IMG/VR virus record: IMGVR_UViG_3300020472_000021
Coordinates: 3,145-67,144 of that record
Length of the DNA stretch: 64,000 nucleotides
DNA from: a virus
Lineage: Duplodnaviria; Caudoviricetes
Strand: one strand, 5' to 3'
The notes under the pieces: generated by a model
Told to the model about the DNA's origin: nothing
The model's input: only the letters and a program-made list of their open reading frames with translations
The model's database searches: none
Shown here: in pieces, positions 49,601 to 56,421 of the stretch
Layout of the letters: every line of letters starts with the position of its first letter
How positions within the stretch are numbered: the first letter of the stretch is position 1
Translations under genes and position numbers: made by a program

Positions 49601-50923
49601 TGCATTAACATCACCAGTAGTAAGAAACCAACGTGATTGACCATTAGACATGATCTTAGTATCATTAGTCTCAAATCCTGGTTTAGATACTTGTATGTTA
49701 TCTCCTGGACTTGAATATGCTGCCGTATCAGTAGCATTCAAGTTGTATATTACACCAAGGCTTAAAAGGGTAACATTAGCTCCTTTAAGTAGTACTGGTT
49801 TATACACAGATGATCCAATTGCGTGAGTCAATGGATTATCACGTTTAGAAATGATGAACTGAGAAACTGTACTCTCACCAAATGAGATAGTTTCGTCACC
49901 TATTAGAATTTCTCCAGTATCATCCCAACCTTGAGTGGAGAATACATTAATACGCTTACCTACACCATCAGTGTTAGGAAGGTTCTTCTCAAGACGAGTC
50001 TTAGTTGAGACAGAGAAGAGACCATTAACAGTTTCTGGTGCTAGAACGATATTCCATATTACTTCATTATCAGAAGTACCTTCTGCATATACATTGTCAA
50101 CAGTAGCAGAAGCATATCCATATTCTTCAGTAGCAGTCTGGACAATAGTCTGTCCTATTAAATCTTTTGCATTACCACTAACAACTTTTGCTTTTACAGC
50201 ATATACATTGATCCAATCAGCATTGGATGCTTTGTAAGTAAAATCTCTTGGTTTGTAAACTTCTGGTTTATTTTCTACATCTTTCGCAACAATAGTATTG
50301 AAAATAAACTTAATAGAACTATCAGTTCCTTTTGCCTTATAAAATTTCTGTATATTCTTAATAAGGGTTCTCTTATCAACTTCACCTCTGAGATACTTCT
50401 CAGGGAAAGAACCCAAATACTGATTCTCAAAACTCTTTATAAACGCATAGATGAAAAGGTTACTAACGTTGTATACCTTCTCTCCTGAGTTGTGAGGGGC
50501 AGCAGTAGTAGTTTTATAGTCTGATTCAGAATAAAGGTCACCTAATGTTGTATTGCCACTGACACCCCTTACACAACCACTTAGTGTTGTAGCAGTACGA
50601 GTATCATAGAATACAATCTCATCACCAATTCTTACGTATCCGTTTTTCTGTGGAAAACTCGACGCATCTTGTAATACAATTGTATCATCACTAGCAGAAA
50701 CACTAGTGTCCAAGATATCAGACTGTCTAAGAAGATTTTGTTCATAATAATCTATATCTCTATATTTTTGTATATTAGAGATAATGTCTAAAGGACCACC
50801 TTGTAATTCCTGTGCTTCATAATACTTCTGTATGAACTTGGTAAACAGTTCATACTCTGAAGTTATAAAATCAGGTATCTGTGACTCAATAAGAGTAGAT
50901 ATTCTTTTGGTCTTAACTGCCAT
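40607..50923 (-). CDS. gp7: baseplate wedge initiator (3438 aa) with YHYH-like insertion
   Basis: LIESQIPDFI, LIKNIQKFYKAKGT, DSNFYQDYSYVIKS, HPAGFKLFG; HSPIIGFAYDGNPIYG...GTYAYF; lies between gp6 and gp8. Confidence 0.85.
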   Translation of the reverse strand: MAVKTKRISTLIESQIPDFITSEYELFTKFIQKYYEAQELQGGPLDIISNIQKYRDIDYYEQNLLRQSDILDTSVSASDDTIVLQDASSFPQKNGYVRIGDEIVFYDTRTATTLSGCVRGVSGNTTLGDLYSESDYKTTTAAPHNSGEKVYNVSNLFIYAFIKSFENQYLGSFPEKYLRGEVDKRTLIKNIQKFYKAKGTDSSIKFIFNTIVAKDVENKPEVYKPRDFTYKASNADWINVYAVKAKVVSGNAKDLIGQTIVQTATEEYGYASATVDNVYAEGTSDNEVIWNIVLAPETVNGLFSVSTKTRLEKNLPNTDGVGKRINVFSTQGWDDTGEILIGDETISFGESTVSQFIISKRDNPLTHAIGSSVYKPVLLKGANVTLLSLGVIYNLNATDTAAYSSPGDNIQVSKPGFETNDTKIMSNGQSRWFLTTGDVNASTQSAVETALDQVQTNVSSIHEDDQYYYITSSSYPSYDILDGSTVTQTVKDQRLLRLIRKQATRTTEVYKTPKRDVGILLNGVPVYGYKDTESIRFGKLESINVSVQGRGYVKPPFVLVDGVASKARAILSGEVVESIVVDTTDIFPRTPDIVITSGRNGVVNAVITQGKVTSLTIANKGEFYSSPPIVRIRDNAGKGRFAEFNAVLDTDGKLKEFEKVDGGNFYTQENVNVDIIPVGENATGIPLLKEWNYNRFEKVKNNLDTEYGYLFENFDNNLFYGYAHVANPKALRVSLNDNLSNTGSEPSTKTHSPIIGFAYDGNPIYGAFGYEDPLDATSSIIRMTSSYSLNGDRIDGPSKVTYPLGTFNNDYTYNHKSGTLDQNNGRFCITPDFPKGTYAYFLTINSSQVPQFPYVLGDNFYSLPVDSNYNSKINQNDLPKNAKRFYVDATPINGEGVIASISDITPGSIDNVSIESSSSNFSVNSKVYFDEVGTDGSEAEARVKSVKGETVSYLQSKENKVVKLTTIQTAYLFANDTLRQPSSSAYGEIVGTVASDNDIVLKNVQGTFDNTGTFSADIKTFSILVDQNSSYSEGATLSLTDGVNTPIATAQVLEGTSSQNVLKIKVLSGTWIIDDNYYIQSSDLFNTSGSKIITLTSLSDNLEPFIVNQSVALIETTSEHGLGIGDKVDIDINPDDSIKTKTWYLRKRLYQEVTFTTPSKKTKINDSGIGRFTILNGGADYTENSYTNIPLTSGSGTGATASITVSAAGVVSNVTIQNAGSGYKFGDQLGVADESLVRSGGSLSTSRLTIFVDHAGFAFGNTAVTVDDATGFAVDDLLLIGNEVIKVTAINSNTLSVIRGQEGTTAVDHYDNKEIALHKAQYNFTNNFQIGSIAGSGYIKSYDSTTQKATVVFDYGIEKTTASSVDVSTTFFDSSNPKRLVSVSQFSSIEYKFEFSEDNSTFVPNPELHIQEFYKYKFDTSHSSLSGTYFDLSPSKNYNLITVEKSASTTLPGNDGAYTDVKFGFGSRLKTNTYTTKVGTDFTNFYYFDNNNIVNSGDGKLKIITDPLQGTKVINYVTSNRFVYDLVGDPPLWDGSGTITYTTTGQFATGKINDFKVVNLGSNYTKVPVIVGVEPRSDYQAKATVLFDVATKVVTGVNITNKGSNYVNPKVIIVNDPVTRRNASFEVISRVGEIYQINVTSPGEGYESAPQIEIVEGDVKAYVNSSTIGIPQSVRFTNNGSAFHLDKSISSTFSSPYTVSLKDINGNFQKGETVVQKIGNTEIARAKVYEWRLGSNLLKLQSLTGILREDVSITGLSSTSSGVVTAVFVTTFTEEISSFFDNQGFSKSDKGKLGVSNQKLIDSNFYQDYSYVIKSKTSIEQWRDLIKSTTHPAGFKLFGQVDVESDASTKMPSDVAKADHFSIIQLWDPEKNKITVENTSRVVTQTIQNVESQRIRRGIGSVATSDFNFNETRAFEFKLNGAFDGTYNSDGQLVGTKTFQVLDENGVPFTPVKEESLIITLDGILQEPKVAYTVSGDNITFTQPPLGPGVKAGAVYSGVTFYGKVFYWKAPGAAYNTRYLKKVKNIFQRSGRWLDSANQLARNKEFITSESVGYGKATYPSLDWATKTDDYIKDIGFIVDAYEHDLRFGGNVKTVDYSTIFADTPYIKDNKDESFKIFKYATNLARLAIRNWDYIETNATYSTNTTTVTVTDTNNLTVGMYLTSGRAFQTNTRIASIDSLTQITVDKTILGNSTASSNTSPNSLTGTTSGDVNLSGVGQVILNDTYTVSLGDTVVIGEDPGGSPEIIFHLTGRTDGIFYDAAYLIERNKQHIVEEATQAIIASISDYQTNPTTYHPYVQYYIESVIYHLRLGGNERVAEIYKRLDFKNLPTTITGNPSVGFNTLLDEWKRDMSSMFVKASEYMTLAMRNSLQPKVYSTVDPNPDNTITVDKLAPACAEVAAALDTFGSITKTVLTEGEGLVIPTSINVNKTGNWSSTTTYANHNIIQDPQLIAKDCDNVVSAVDSLYDSFQDIISARSVTRSNPDYVDGENTDFELYWEDGTAVDTNVDEDFFLTINAVLQTPKYSSGISPDSYFIDRTTVPNVLKFSVAPIWDQDLGAKNLGEATAVEKVVGIGVGNYKRLTIDYDLVDNVKSGPFLILDVEDSTSQTVEQKDYLYVFLDGVLQREGYSYTIAGPNIFFNVPINKKMKVDMRYLYGRDAGQTLNIYDFSPDTYFAVGTFVLETSSAWVDPFLTYQWMGEKIGTGIHCWQVRANGTYNIIGEVSSAYKTSTTLSFSIKSQNAAVEAGLDLVFATKTDYTKTYTFPESQFTNPTLTFPLDSTGRKQLYSDNSIWYGTTLGTTYRNPFAYLANGDLVRVEGEDKFRRIKKVPESTTSKDGRGGEQLTDDVYSNISVEGFNGVTRGEGLSVVATVSGGEVTALTWNRRSYDPLTQPTAYQYFTPPVLEFIPEDGTGGGAKAEVIVSKGQVLSVDLLDGGSGYTKAPIIVVARRFDILTERDIGVSLINAEMVPQVEIGQGAVSSSRITILGTQVQGVDTFTSTLFNSPHDVTKKITAEIQIDTDNIAEGESGFDMPSGIEQPGGSKIVFIEPEPVEIVGKGGALENSYEATVLSAELQDIVSLNSVTKVQKHIVSTLTHEIRNTALTNINYFEDAAYTNVDTNIGDSIIYIPDTSKFNSNGHLLIGNERVRYWRKLSDRFLAVDRGLYGTSDQFHAANTYLRQVPELISVASVGIVRIESEVSDVSIVNASVGAVTESEYERQIQTPINTLSNSKTEVVVKPPETGIVDQYLEVAFLSDPVEQRNGNFVVLTEPYTVTKRDTTIIEVVNQVFGREVLLIGDYIIGNIGSTIGMYDQSSTDVGASGVSALTIGEIDRIFASMTIKDFIERPLSNYTLSGDYFMLGRPSTQNPVAISSSTGTIGGNIVVQDTTHWPSDGYIFTSGGTVIQYTSKTSSTFEGCTLYSGPNSIANGQELVPYNPS

Positions 50924-52719
50924 TACTCTTTATACGCAACGAAACTGGAATTTGCTATATCAACATCAAGATACATCTCTCGAAGTGCCTTAATGTCGTT
51001 AGAAAGGGGTTTAACCGTTAGGGAAATACGATTATCAAAATAACTACCTTTAATGATAGTCATGTTGTATAACATAATCTCACCTTTCACATAATCAATA
51101 TCACCAACTTCCTTGTCCAGGACTACCTTATCGCCAGTCACAGGATCTAGTCTATATAGGACAATTTTCTTATCCCTGTCCTCAAGATAGACATCATAAG
51201 TAGGATGTTCTGTCACCCTAAACCCAGTAGAGGAAAGAACTGGATCATCACAATCACTATCAAATGCATTTTGATAACATACTTCATAGAAGAAAGTAGA
51301 ATTTAACTGAGGATAGAAATCTCTCCTCATAGAAAGAGATGTCAAGTTAGAATTAATACTACGATCCGCATCATCTATCACTCCAATAAACTTACTGTAA
51401 CGGAATGTACCCTTAAACTTCTCAGTATCAGAGTTGTCAACATAGTTTTGTATAGATCCAATAACCTTATCTCTTATTTGAGAAGGAGTTTGATCTGTTT
51501 GCAAACTGTTATAATAGATCTTACTATTCATTTCAACATGAAGAATAGCAGGATCTATAATTACTGGTTCAACAGATGCCACAACATACTTTTGTAACTT
51601 AGAAACTATATCGTTCTTAGTTAGAGAAGTAAGATAGGAAGCATCTGATGGTTTTAAAACTATAAAAACCTTTCCATAGTCGGGTGGTTGTTGCTCTTCT
51701 CCACCGAATATGATTATATCGCTAGTAGCAGGATAAATGTTTCTTACAATTGCACCATAGTCATCAGCAGTCACTGCACGATCCTGTGACCCATATGTTT
51801 TTGGTGCGTTATATTTGATCTTATCAGTCGTTTCTATCTCCTCTCCACCTGCTGAAGCGATAGTAGAGTCTATATTAACAGTGAACTGATTAGGTGAAAC
51901 ACCATTAGGGTTCTCAAGAACACCAGAAAAGACAAAAGTCTTTACTCCATTGGACTCTGGACCAGTTGTTGTGATGTAAGAAACATTAACAACAGCGTTA
52001 TTATCCAGTTTTTTACCTAATACACCATCACCAAAGATCAATTCATACCTTTCATCTGCAATTTCATCAAGGAAAAACACCTTAGAGTTAGCATCTACCC
52101 CTAAAATGTTCTCTGCAAGTAGGTATGGTTCGTTAAATGAAGCTCCTGTTGGGTAAACTCTAACGCTAATAGTGTTAGTATCAATATTTCTGTTCGTTAA
52201 TATGAACTTCTGTGACTTATTATTGGTATCAACTGTGAAATTCTGTACAACTTGAGTGCCTTCTCTTATAGGAATGTTCGTAAACACTGCTGCATCATTA
52301 GAAACTTGTGCTTTTGTGTCCTCTGCTGTCACATAATTGTAAAGAACGTTGTCATATGACGCAGTAAACCCTGTTCCCTTCCTAAGAATCAACTCTGTGT
52401 CAGTTGTAGGGTTAGAATAATTGACCGTAAATGAAATATAAGCAGTAGGAGACGTAGCAGACTTGGGTCTGTAACCCAGTTGCTTCGCAATTGCTATTAC
52501 ATTGTCTCTCAGTGTGGCAGAATCAATGTATAGTTCATTGACTACCATGTTGGTATTGAACGCCGTGTAGTACGTATTATACGCAAGTACGTCCAGCATG
52601 TTTGATAGTGCCGAACCATCAAAATCATAATCAGTAAAATCAGTCTGTGCTCTCATGTATTCTTTGAGAGAACTCTTGATTTGATCAAAATCTAAATTAG
52701 CGACCTGTGTATATGGCAT
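50923..52719 (-). CDS. gp6: baseplate wedge subunit
   Basis: LDFDQIK..L, FTDYDFDGSALS.MLDVLAYNTYY, IFGDGVLGK, QDRAVTADDY, YGKVFI. Confidence 0.92.
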   Translation of the reverse strand: MPYTQVANLDFDQIKSSLKEYMRAQTDFTDYDFDGSALSNMLDVLAYNTYYTAFNTNMVVNELYIDSATLRDNVIAIAKQLGYRPKSATSPTAYISFTVNYSNPTTDTELILRKGTGFTASYDNVLYNYVTAEDTKAQVSNDAAVFTNIPIREGTQVVQNFTVDTNNKSQKFILTNRNIDTNTISVRVYPTGASFNEPYLLAENILGVDANSKVFFLDEIADERYELIFGDGVLGKKLDNNAVVNVSYITTTGPESNGVKTFVFSGVLENPNGVSPNQFTVNIDSTIASAGGEEIETTDKIKYNAPKTYGSQDRAVTADDYGAIVRNIYPATSDIIIFGGEEQQPPDYGKVFIVLKPSDASYLTSLTKNDIVSKLQKYVVASVEPVIIDPAILHVEMNSKIYYNSLQTDQTPSQIRDKVIGSIQNYVDNSDTEKFKGTFRYSKFIGVIDDADRSINSNLTSLSMRRDFYPQLNSTFFYEVCYQNAFDSDCDDPVLSSTGFRVTEHPTYDVYLEDRDKKIVLYRLDPVTGDKVVLDKEVGDIDYVKGEIMLYNMTIIKGSYFDNRISLTVKPLSNDIKALREMYLDVDIANSSFVAYKE

Positions 52720-53115
52720 TTATCTTGTACGATCTAAGAAGAACTCAACGGCCACTGCTGATTCATCCTCTCTTCCTACAATTGTATAGAAGACTTCTAC
52801 TTCAAACCCATTATTTTGTTCATCGGGAACACATCTAATATCAGTTAATGCTATACGTGGTTCGTGTGAAAGAATAGTCTCGGCAATTTCTGCTTTAATT
52901 AATGCAGCAGTACCATAATCCAGTGGTTCAAAGAGTAACTCTCTGACACTAGATCCTATTTTAGGTTGAAATGGTCTCTCACCCTTATTAGTAAGGATAA
53001 GATTCTGTAATGCTTGTACAATCGCAGCTTTATCCTTCACACAAACGAGATCATCCGTAACTGGATGTGTCTTGAATGTGACGCTTAGATCTTTAAACGT
53101 CTGGAAGGTGGGCAT
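52720..53115 (-). CDS. gp25: baseplate wedge / sheath initiation protein
   Basis: FKDLSVTFKTHPVTDDL, NLILTNKGERPFQPKIGS, EPRI; start at ATG 53115. Confidence 0.9.
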   Translation of the reverse strand: MPTFQTFKDLSVTFKTHPVTDDLVCVKDKAAIVQALQNLILTNKGERPFQPKIGSSVRELLFEPLDYGTAALIKAEIAETILSHEPRIALTDIRCVPDEQNNGFEVEVFYTIVGREDESAVAVEFFLDRTR

Positions 53116-53139
53116 ATGTAGATACAGCAAGGCTGTTTT

Positions 53140-53146
53140 TATTTAT
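53140..53146 (-). promoter_or_regulatory. late promoter ATAAATA
   Basis: Upstream of gp25. Confidence 0.65.
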
Positions 53147-53431
53147 CTACTCAACGCTATAGAACGTATACCGTAACGTTAGTTCTTCCTGTGGTTTTAT
53201 GGGTTTGATCGTCTTAATATAATATCTGTCACCTATTTTGTATTTCTCACAGTTAGGTGTATTACTGTGATTGATGAAACCACCAAGCGGAGTTCTGATT
53301 ATTTCATCCTCTATAATAAGATGTGACATGCCAAGTTCCGCACCTACTGCAAGTAGTAAGCGCGAAAATAAACCTTGACCTGCTATAGAACTATAGTCTA
53401 TATAACAGCCTCTAGGTAGTGCTTGGTACAT
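53147..53431 (-). CDS. minimal SET-domain protein (lysine methyltransferase-like)
   Basis: S.IAGQGLF, GFINHSNTPNC, EELTLRY are the three SET signature motifs; probable start ATG 53431. Confidence 0.85.
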   Translation of the reverse strand: MYQALPRGCYIDYSSIAGQGLFSRLLLAVGAELGMSHLIIEDEIIRTPLGGFINHSNTPNCEKYKIGDRYYIKTIKPIKPQEELTLRYTFYSVE

Positions 53432-53594
53432 CGGTTGTCTCACGGCAGCATTCATGTTCACCATCTTCTTGTCTATGCATGTGTTCTAGAACGTGCTCTA
53501 ATTTACCCTCTATCCTTTCCAACACATCTAGTATTGGATCATCATAATAATACATATTTCCATTCTCAGGTGCTCTGGTCTCGTCAGTAGTCAT
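53412..53594 (-). CDS. small hypothetical protein
   Basis: ATG 53594 with GAGG RBS, behind late promoter CTAAATA at 53624-53630. Confidence 0.6.
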   Translation of the reverse strand: MTTDETRAPENGNMYYYDDPILDVLERIEGKLEHVLEHMHRQEDGEHECCRETTDVPSTT

Positions 53595-53666
53595 AGTCCT
53601 CACTCCTTTATTGAATAATACAATATTTAGTCGGCGACTCGCGCTCGGCGTTTTCGGCGGTATTAA

Positions 53667-53816
53667 TCAGAACTGTTTAGGATGGGTTACTACATCACCA
53701 TGTATCTCTCCAATGTCATCTATATGTGCATGATCAATCTTCTCAATATGAAGATGCTCTAATGCACTTGCTATTCTTTCAAGAGAATTAGCAATACGTG
53801 TAAATTCTTCGCTCAT
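53667..53816 (-). CDS. His-rich 49-aa protein (not in ORF track)
   Basis: MSEEFTRIANSLERIASALEHLHIEKIDHAHIDDIGEIHGDVVTHPKQF; ATGA overlap with upstream stop. Confidence 0.7.
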   Translation of the reverse strand: MSEEFTRIANSLERIASALEHLHIEKIDHAHIDDIGEIHGDVVTHPKQF

Positions 53817-54001
53817 TTTAAATGTGATGTACCTGTGTCCATAAATTCTGCCATCTTCTGATTGATAGCATCCATCTTTGCCTCCACAGACTCTGGCGTT
53901 GCCATAACCCTGTATAAGACTTCATCTCTCGTTGAGAGTTCTGATAGCATTGTCGATACTTGATCCCACAAATGATCAGAACCCACGCCTTTCATGCTCA
54001 C
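53813..54001 (-). CDS. small hypothetical protein
   Basis: ORF coupled to neighbours on both sides. Confidence 0.65.
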   Translation of the reverse strand: MSMKGVGSDHLWDQVSTMLSELSTRDEVLYRVMATPESVEAKMDAINQKMAEFMDTGTSHLK

Positions 54002-54132
54002 TTGCCCTGCCCTCTGTATCTTTTACGAGCACCATTGCGAGAGGATGCTGAGAGTTTTGTGTTCTTACTATTACCCTGCCTAGTTACCTTAGCAGGTGGT
54101 TTGATGTAAGTGTCGTTGTTATAAAGTGCCAT
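53998..54132 (-). CDS. basic 44-aa protein (not in ORF track)
   Basis: MALYNNDTYIKPPAKVTRQGNSKNTKLSASSRNGARKRYRGQGK; fills the gap between neighbours exactly. Confidence 0.7.
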   Translation of the reverse strand: MALYNNDTYIKPPAKVTRQGNSKNTKLSASSRNGARKRYRGQGK

Positions 54133-54133
54133 G

Positions 54134-54547
54134 TTAGCCTGATCTACGTGTTCCTATGTGTATTGTAGCACCAATACCAGGTACTTGGCAAGTCCTTTGT
54201 TGGGAAGTGTTACCACATACACTATAATCCCCGACCTGTGCTATAGGTCTTCCATTAAACTTAACCTTCTGACATTTCAGATCATCATCATTAAATGTTC
54301 GTGATGTTGCAGTACAACCTGCTAAGGTTCTCGGAACTCCTGGAACTGCTAGTGGGGTTGCAGCACTGTTATATGCTTGTAATGGTTGTCCTTCAATAGA
54401 AATCTTACCACCTGGAACTCTACCAATTCCTGTGGTTCTAGCAACATTAGGTGCAGGTGTACCTCCTAATGCAAGAGGGTTATAGAAACAATTAGCGTCA
54501 AACGACTGCGTATCTAAAGTTCCTGGATGTACTATCTGTAATGCCAT
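54134..54547 (-). CDS. PAAR-like baseplate spike tip protein (gp5.4-like)
   Basis: KISIEGQPLQ and KVKFNGRPIAQVGD...C repeats resembling PAAR; baseplate context. Confidence 0.55.
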   Translation of the reverse strand: MALQIVHPGTLDTQSFDANCFYNPLALGGTPAPNVARTTGIGRVPGGKISIEGQPLQAYNSAATPLAVPGVPRTLAGCTATSRTFNDDDLKCQKVKFNGRPIAQVGDYSVCGNTSQQRTCQVPGIGATIHIGTRRSG

Positions 54548-54780
54548 TACCTTATTCTATGTCCGAATTTTACTAAGTCTGTTTTAAGTCCTTCGACATT
54601 ATTATGCAAGTAATCTAAAGTATCAGAGAGACTCTCGTGTTCATTCGACGTTGGTCGTCGGTATAGTAACGACGGCTGCTCGAGCTGGGATATCCTCTGC
54701 TCTAGTGTGATGCACTTCTCTGACAGCATCAGGAGTGCCTGTTCCAATTTCTTCTGATTTGCTAATAACTCTTCCATCAT
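54547..54780 (-). CDS. coiled-coil hypothetical protein
   Basis: MMEELLANQKKLEQ...YRRP...TLDYLHNNVEGLK; GGAG RBS before ATG 54780; stop overlaps next ATG. Confidence 0.65.
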   Translation of the reverse strand: MMEELLANQKKLEQALLMLSEKCITLEQRISQLEQPSLLYRRPTSNEHESLSDTLDYLHNNVEGLKTDLVKFGHRIR

Positions 54781-54889
54781 TTTGATCTCCACGTAAGAAG
54801 GCGTTTGCGGCACGACTCTCGAATTCATCACAGAAGTTATCAAAGTCATTCAGAATGCCTTCATAATCTAGCTCAGGTTTTTTAGTCAT
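54641..54889 (-). CDS. acidic hypothetical protein (overlaps next gene)
   Basis: First ATG after late promoter CTAAATA at 54947-54953. Confidence 0.6.
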   Translation of the reverse strand: MTKKPELDYEGILNDFDNFCDEFESRAANAFLRGDQNDGRVISKSEEIGTGTPDAVREVHHTRAEDIPARAAVVTIPTTNVE

Positions 54890-54946
54890 TTTTTACCGCG
54901 GAAATTTTTTTCAAATTTATGGTTTTAAAAAAACCATTTTCAAATT

Positions 54947-54953
54947 TATTTAG
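54947..54953 (-). promoter_or_regulatory. late promoter CTAAATA heading the structural region
   Basis: At the early/late boundary. Confidence 0.65.
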
Positions 54954-55046
54954 CTGTCGTCTGGATACTTTTGTAGGTTAGCTCTTTTGGATTTTCGCTC
55001 GGGCTTAAGGGGGTAGGGGGCGCACACCCCAATCACTGCAAATCTG

Positions 55047-55748
55047 TCACCGTGTTGCGATCCACTGTGGATCTGTGGTGACACATCCGACAGGTGCAAA
55101 TCCTGTGAGTGTGCGATAATCCCAAATGAATTTCAATTTCTGTTCCTTAATCGGTCCACCTCTGCGTCCTGTCATGTCTGCGGTTGGTTGGTCTATGGCG
55201 TTCAATTTGAATTTAACAGGTGAATTCTTTGCAGTCTCACCGACCCAACCTGATTTCCATGCGTCTGGTTTGCCGTGTCTGTCATATGATTTTAATGCAA
55301 GGCGTGTCATAAATTTGTCTAGCATGGCACGTGTCATTACAAACCACTCATTGCCACCTGCCTGTTCAGAATAAAAATGCTTATAACGCTCAGGCACTTT
55401 ATGGTCATGTCCATGTAGTGTTGAATATCCTTGCTTACGCAGTAGCATGTGAATCCACTCTTCGGACCAACCACAATTATTCACTGCGAGCATGTCAATA
55501 ATAATTTGGTCACCAGCGAGTTTAGTCCGTGACCCCTGCATGATTTCCCATGCAGCAGATTCGCCACCAGCAGCAAGACCAATTTTGACAGCGACGTATT
55601 GTGACTTGTCATTAGTCACGGCGTTGTCCTTTGATGTCCAAACGTAAATGCTGCCTGGTGCGAACTTAAGATTTCCAGGTTGCAAGTGTGAAGGATCTGC
55701 TACGCTTCCGAACTTGTGACCTTTGGGGAGTTCTGTTCTTGTTGGCAT
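55047..55748 (-). CDS. T5orf172/MUG113-like GIY-YIG family nuclease
   Basis: GSIYV...VKIG...E.WIH.LL...NEWF pattern; probable start near ATG 55748. Confidence 0.65.
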   Translation of the reverse strand: MPTRTELPKGHKFGSVADPSHLQPGNLKFAPGSIYVWTSKDNAVTNDKSQYVAVKIGLAAGGESAAWEIMQGSRTKLAGDQIIIDMLAVNNCGWSEEWIHMLLRKQGYSTLHGHDHKVPERYKHFYSEQAGGNEWFVMTRAMLDKFMTRLALKSYDRHGKPDAWKSGWVGETAKNSPVKFKLNAIDQPTADMTGRRGGPIKEQKLKFIWDYRTLTGFAPVGCVTTDPQWIATR

Positions 55749-55784
55749 GATGTAGAGAGAAAGAGAGTTGAACGACAAAAAAAA

Positions 55785-55808
55785 TCAGACCGCTTAGTGG
55801 CGGTCTGA
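55785..55808 (-). terminator. intrinsic terminator
   Basis: TCAGACCGC/GCGGTCTGA 9-bp stem followed by T8 on - strand. Confidence 0.8.
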
Positions 55809-55961
55809 AATATACCAAGTTCCACCTGTGGGAACTTCGAGGGTTTCAAAATTGCGTCTTGCCATTGCGTCAAGGGCAGCACGTACAACTGGATCTTTAG
55901 ATGCGGTCTCGTTCATTAAGACCTGTCCGTTGTAGAAAGATTTGAGTTCTTTGTTGTTCAT
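55794..55961 (-). CDS. 55-aa early protein (not in ORF track)
   Basis: MNNKELKSFYNGQVLMNETASKDPVVRAALDAMARRNFETLEVPTGGTWYISDRH; ATG 6 nt after TATACT. Confidence 0.7.
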   Translation of the reverse strand: MNNKELKSFYNGQVLMNETASKDPVVRAALDAMARRNFETLEVPTGGTWYISDRH

Positions 55962-56009
55962 GTCTTAAGTATAAACAGAAAATGCCCCGAATGGGGGCAT
56001 TAGTGGACA

Positions 56010-56150
56010 CTATTCCGATTGGCATAGTGTGGGGTCAATCTTGCATAGTTGATCCATTTTATTTTGTTGGATGGTATCAACCTTTTTTATTGCAGTCGTT
56101 CCCACTTGGAGACCGACGACTAAGACAACGGCGACAAGAATAAATCTCAT
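56010..56150 (-). CDS. 46-aa membrane-anchored protein (not in ORF track)
   Basis: MRFILVAVVLVVGLQVGTTAIKKVDTIQQNKMDQLCKIDPTLCQSE; N-terminal hydrophobic helix; ATGA overlap. Confidence 0.65.
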   Translation of the reverse strand: MRFILVAVVLVVGLQVGTTAIKKVDTIQQNKMDQLCKIDPTLCQSE

Positions 56151-56302
56151 GCGTGGTTCAATGTGAATTCACAACGAATGCCAGCACCTTGATAAAATGC
56201 GAGCATGTCCTGTGCTTTCGCAAAACTGCTAAACGTTATATGCCTTGGTTGACCTTGGTCGAATGGCATCCAATAGCGAATAGTGTTTTTTGATGATTGC
56301 AT
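56147..56302 (-). CDS. small early protein
   Basis: MQSSKNTIRYW...; start moved to ATG 56302, downstream of -10 at 56326-56331. Confidence 0.6.
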   Translation of the reverse strand: MQSSKNTIRYWMPFDQGQPRHITFSSFAKAQDMLAFYQGAGIRCEFTLNHA

Positions 56303-56376
56303 AGAGTGATTTGCTGAACAATGTAAGTATAGGACATAACAGGCACGGCGCAAGGTCCTTAGTGCCAGTTTGAAAA

Positions 56377-56410
56377 ATGCCATACCTTCTGTCCTGGGAA
56401 GGTATGGCAT
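56377..56410 (-). terminator. 13-bp perfect hairpin terminator
   Basis: ATGCCATACCTTC-N8-GAAGGTATGGCAT then TTTT on - strand. Confidence 0.75.
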
Positions 56411-56421
56411 GGTGTATGATG

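Noticed and set aside
13061-50237. Many short + strand and alternate-frame ORFs inside the giant structural genes
   Set aside because: Shadow ORFs expected from the biased Thr/Gly/Ala/Val codon usage; no RBS, promoter or recognisable motif.
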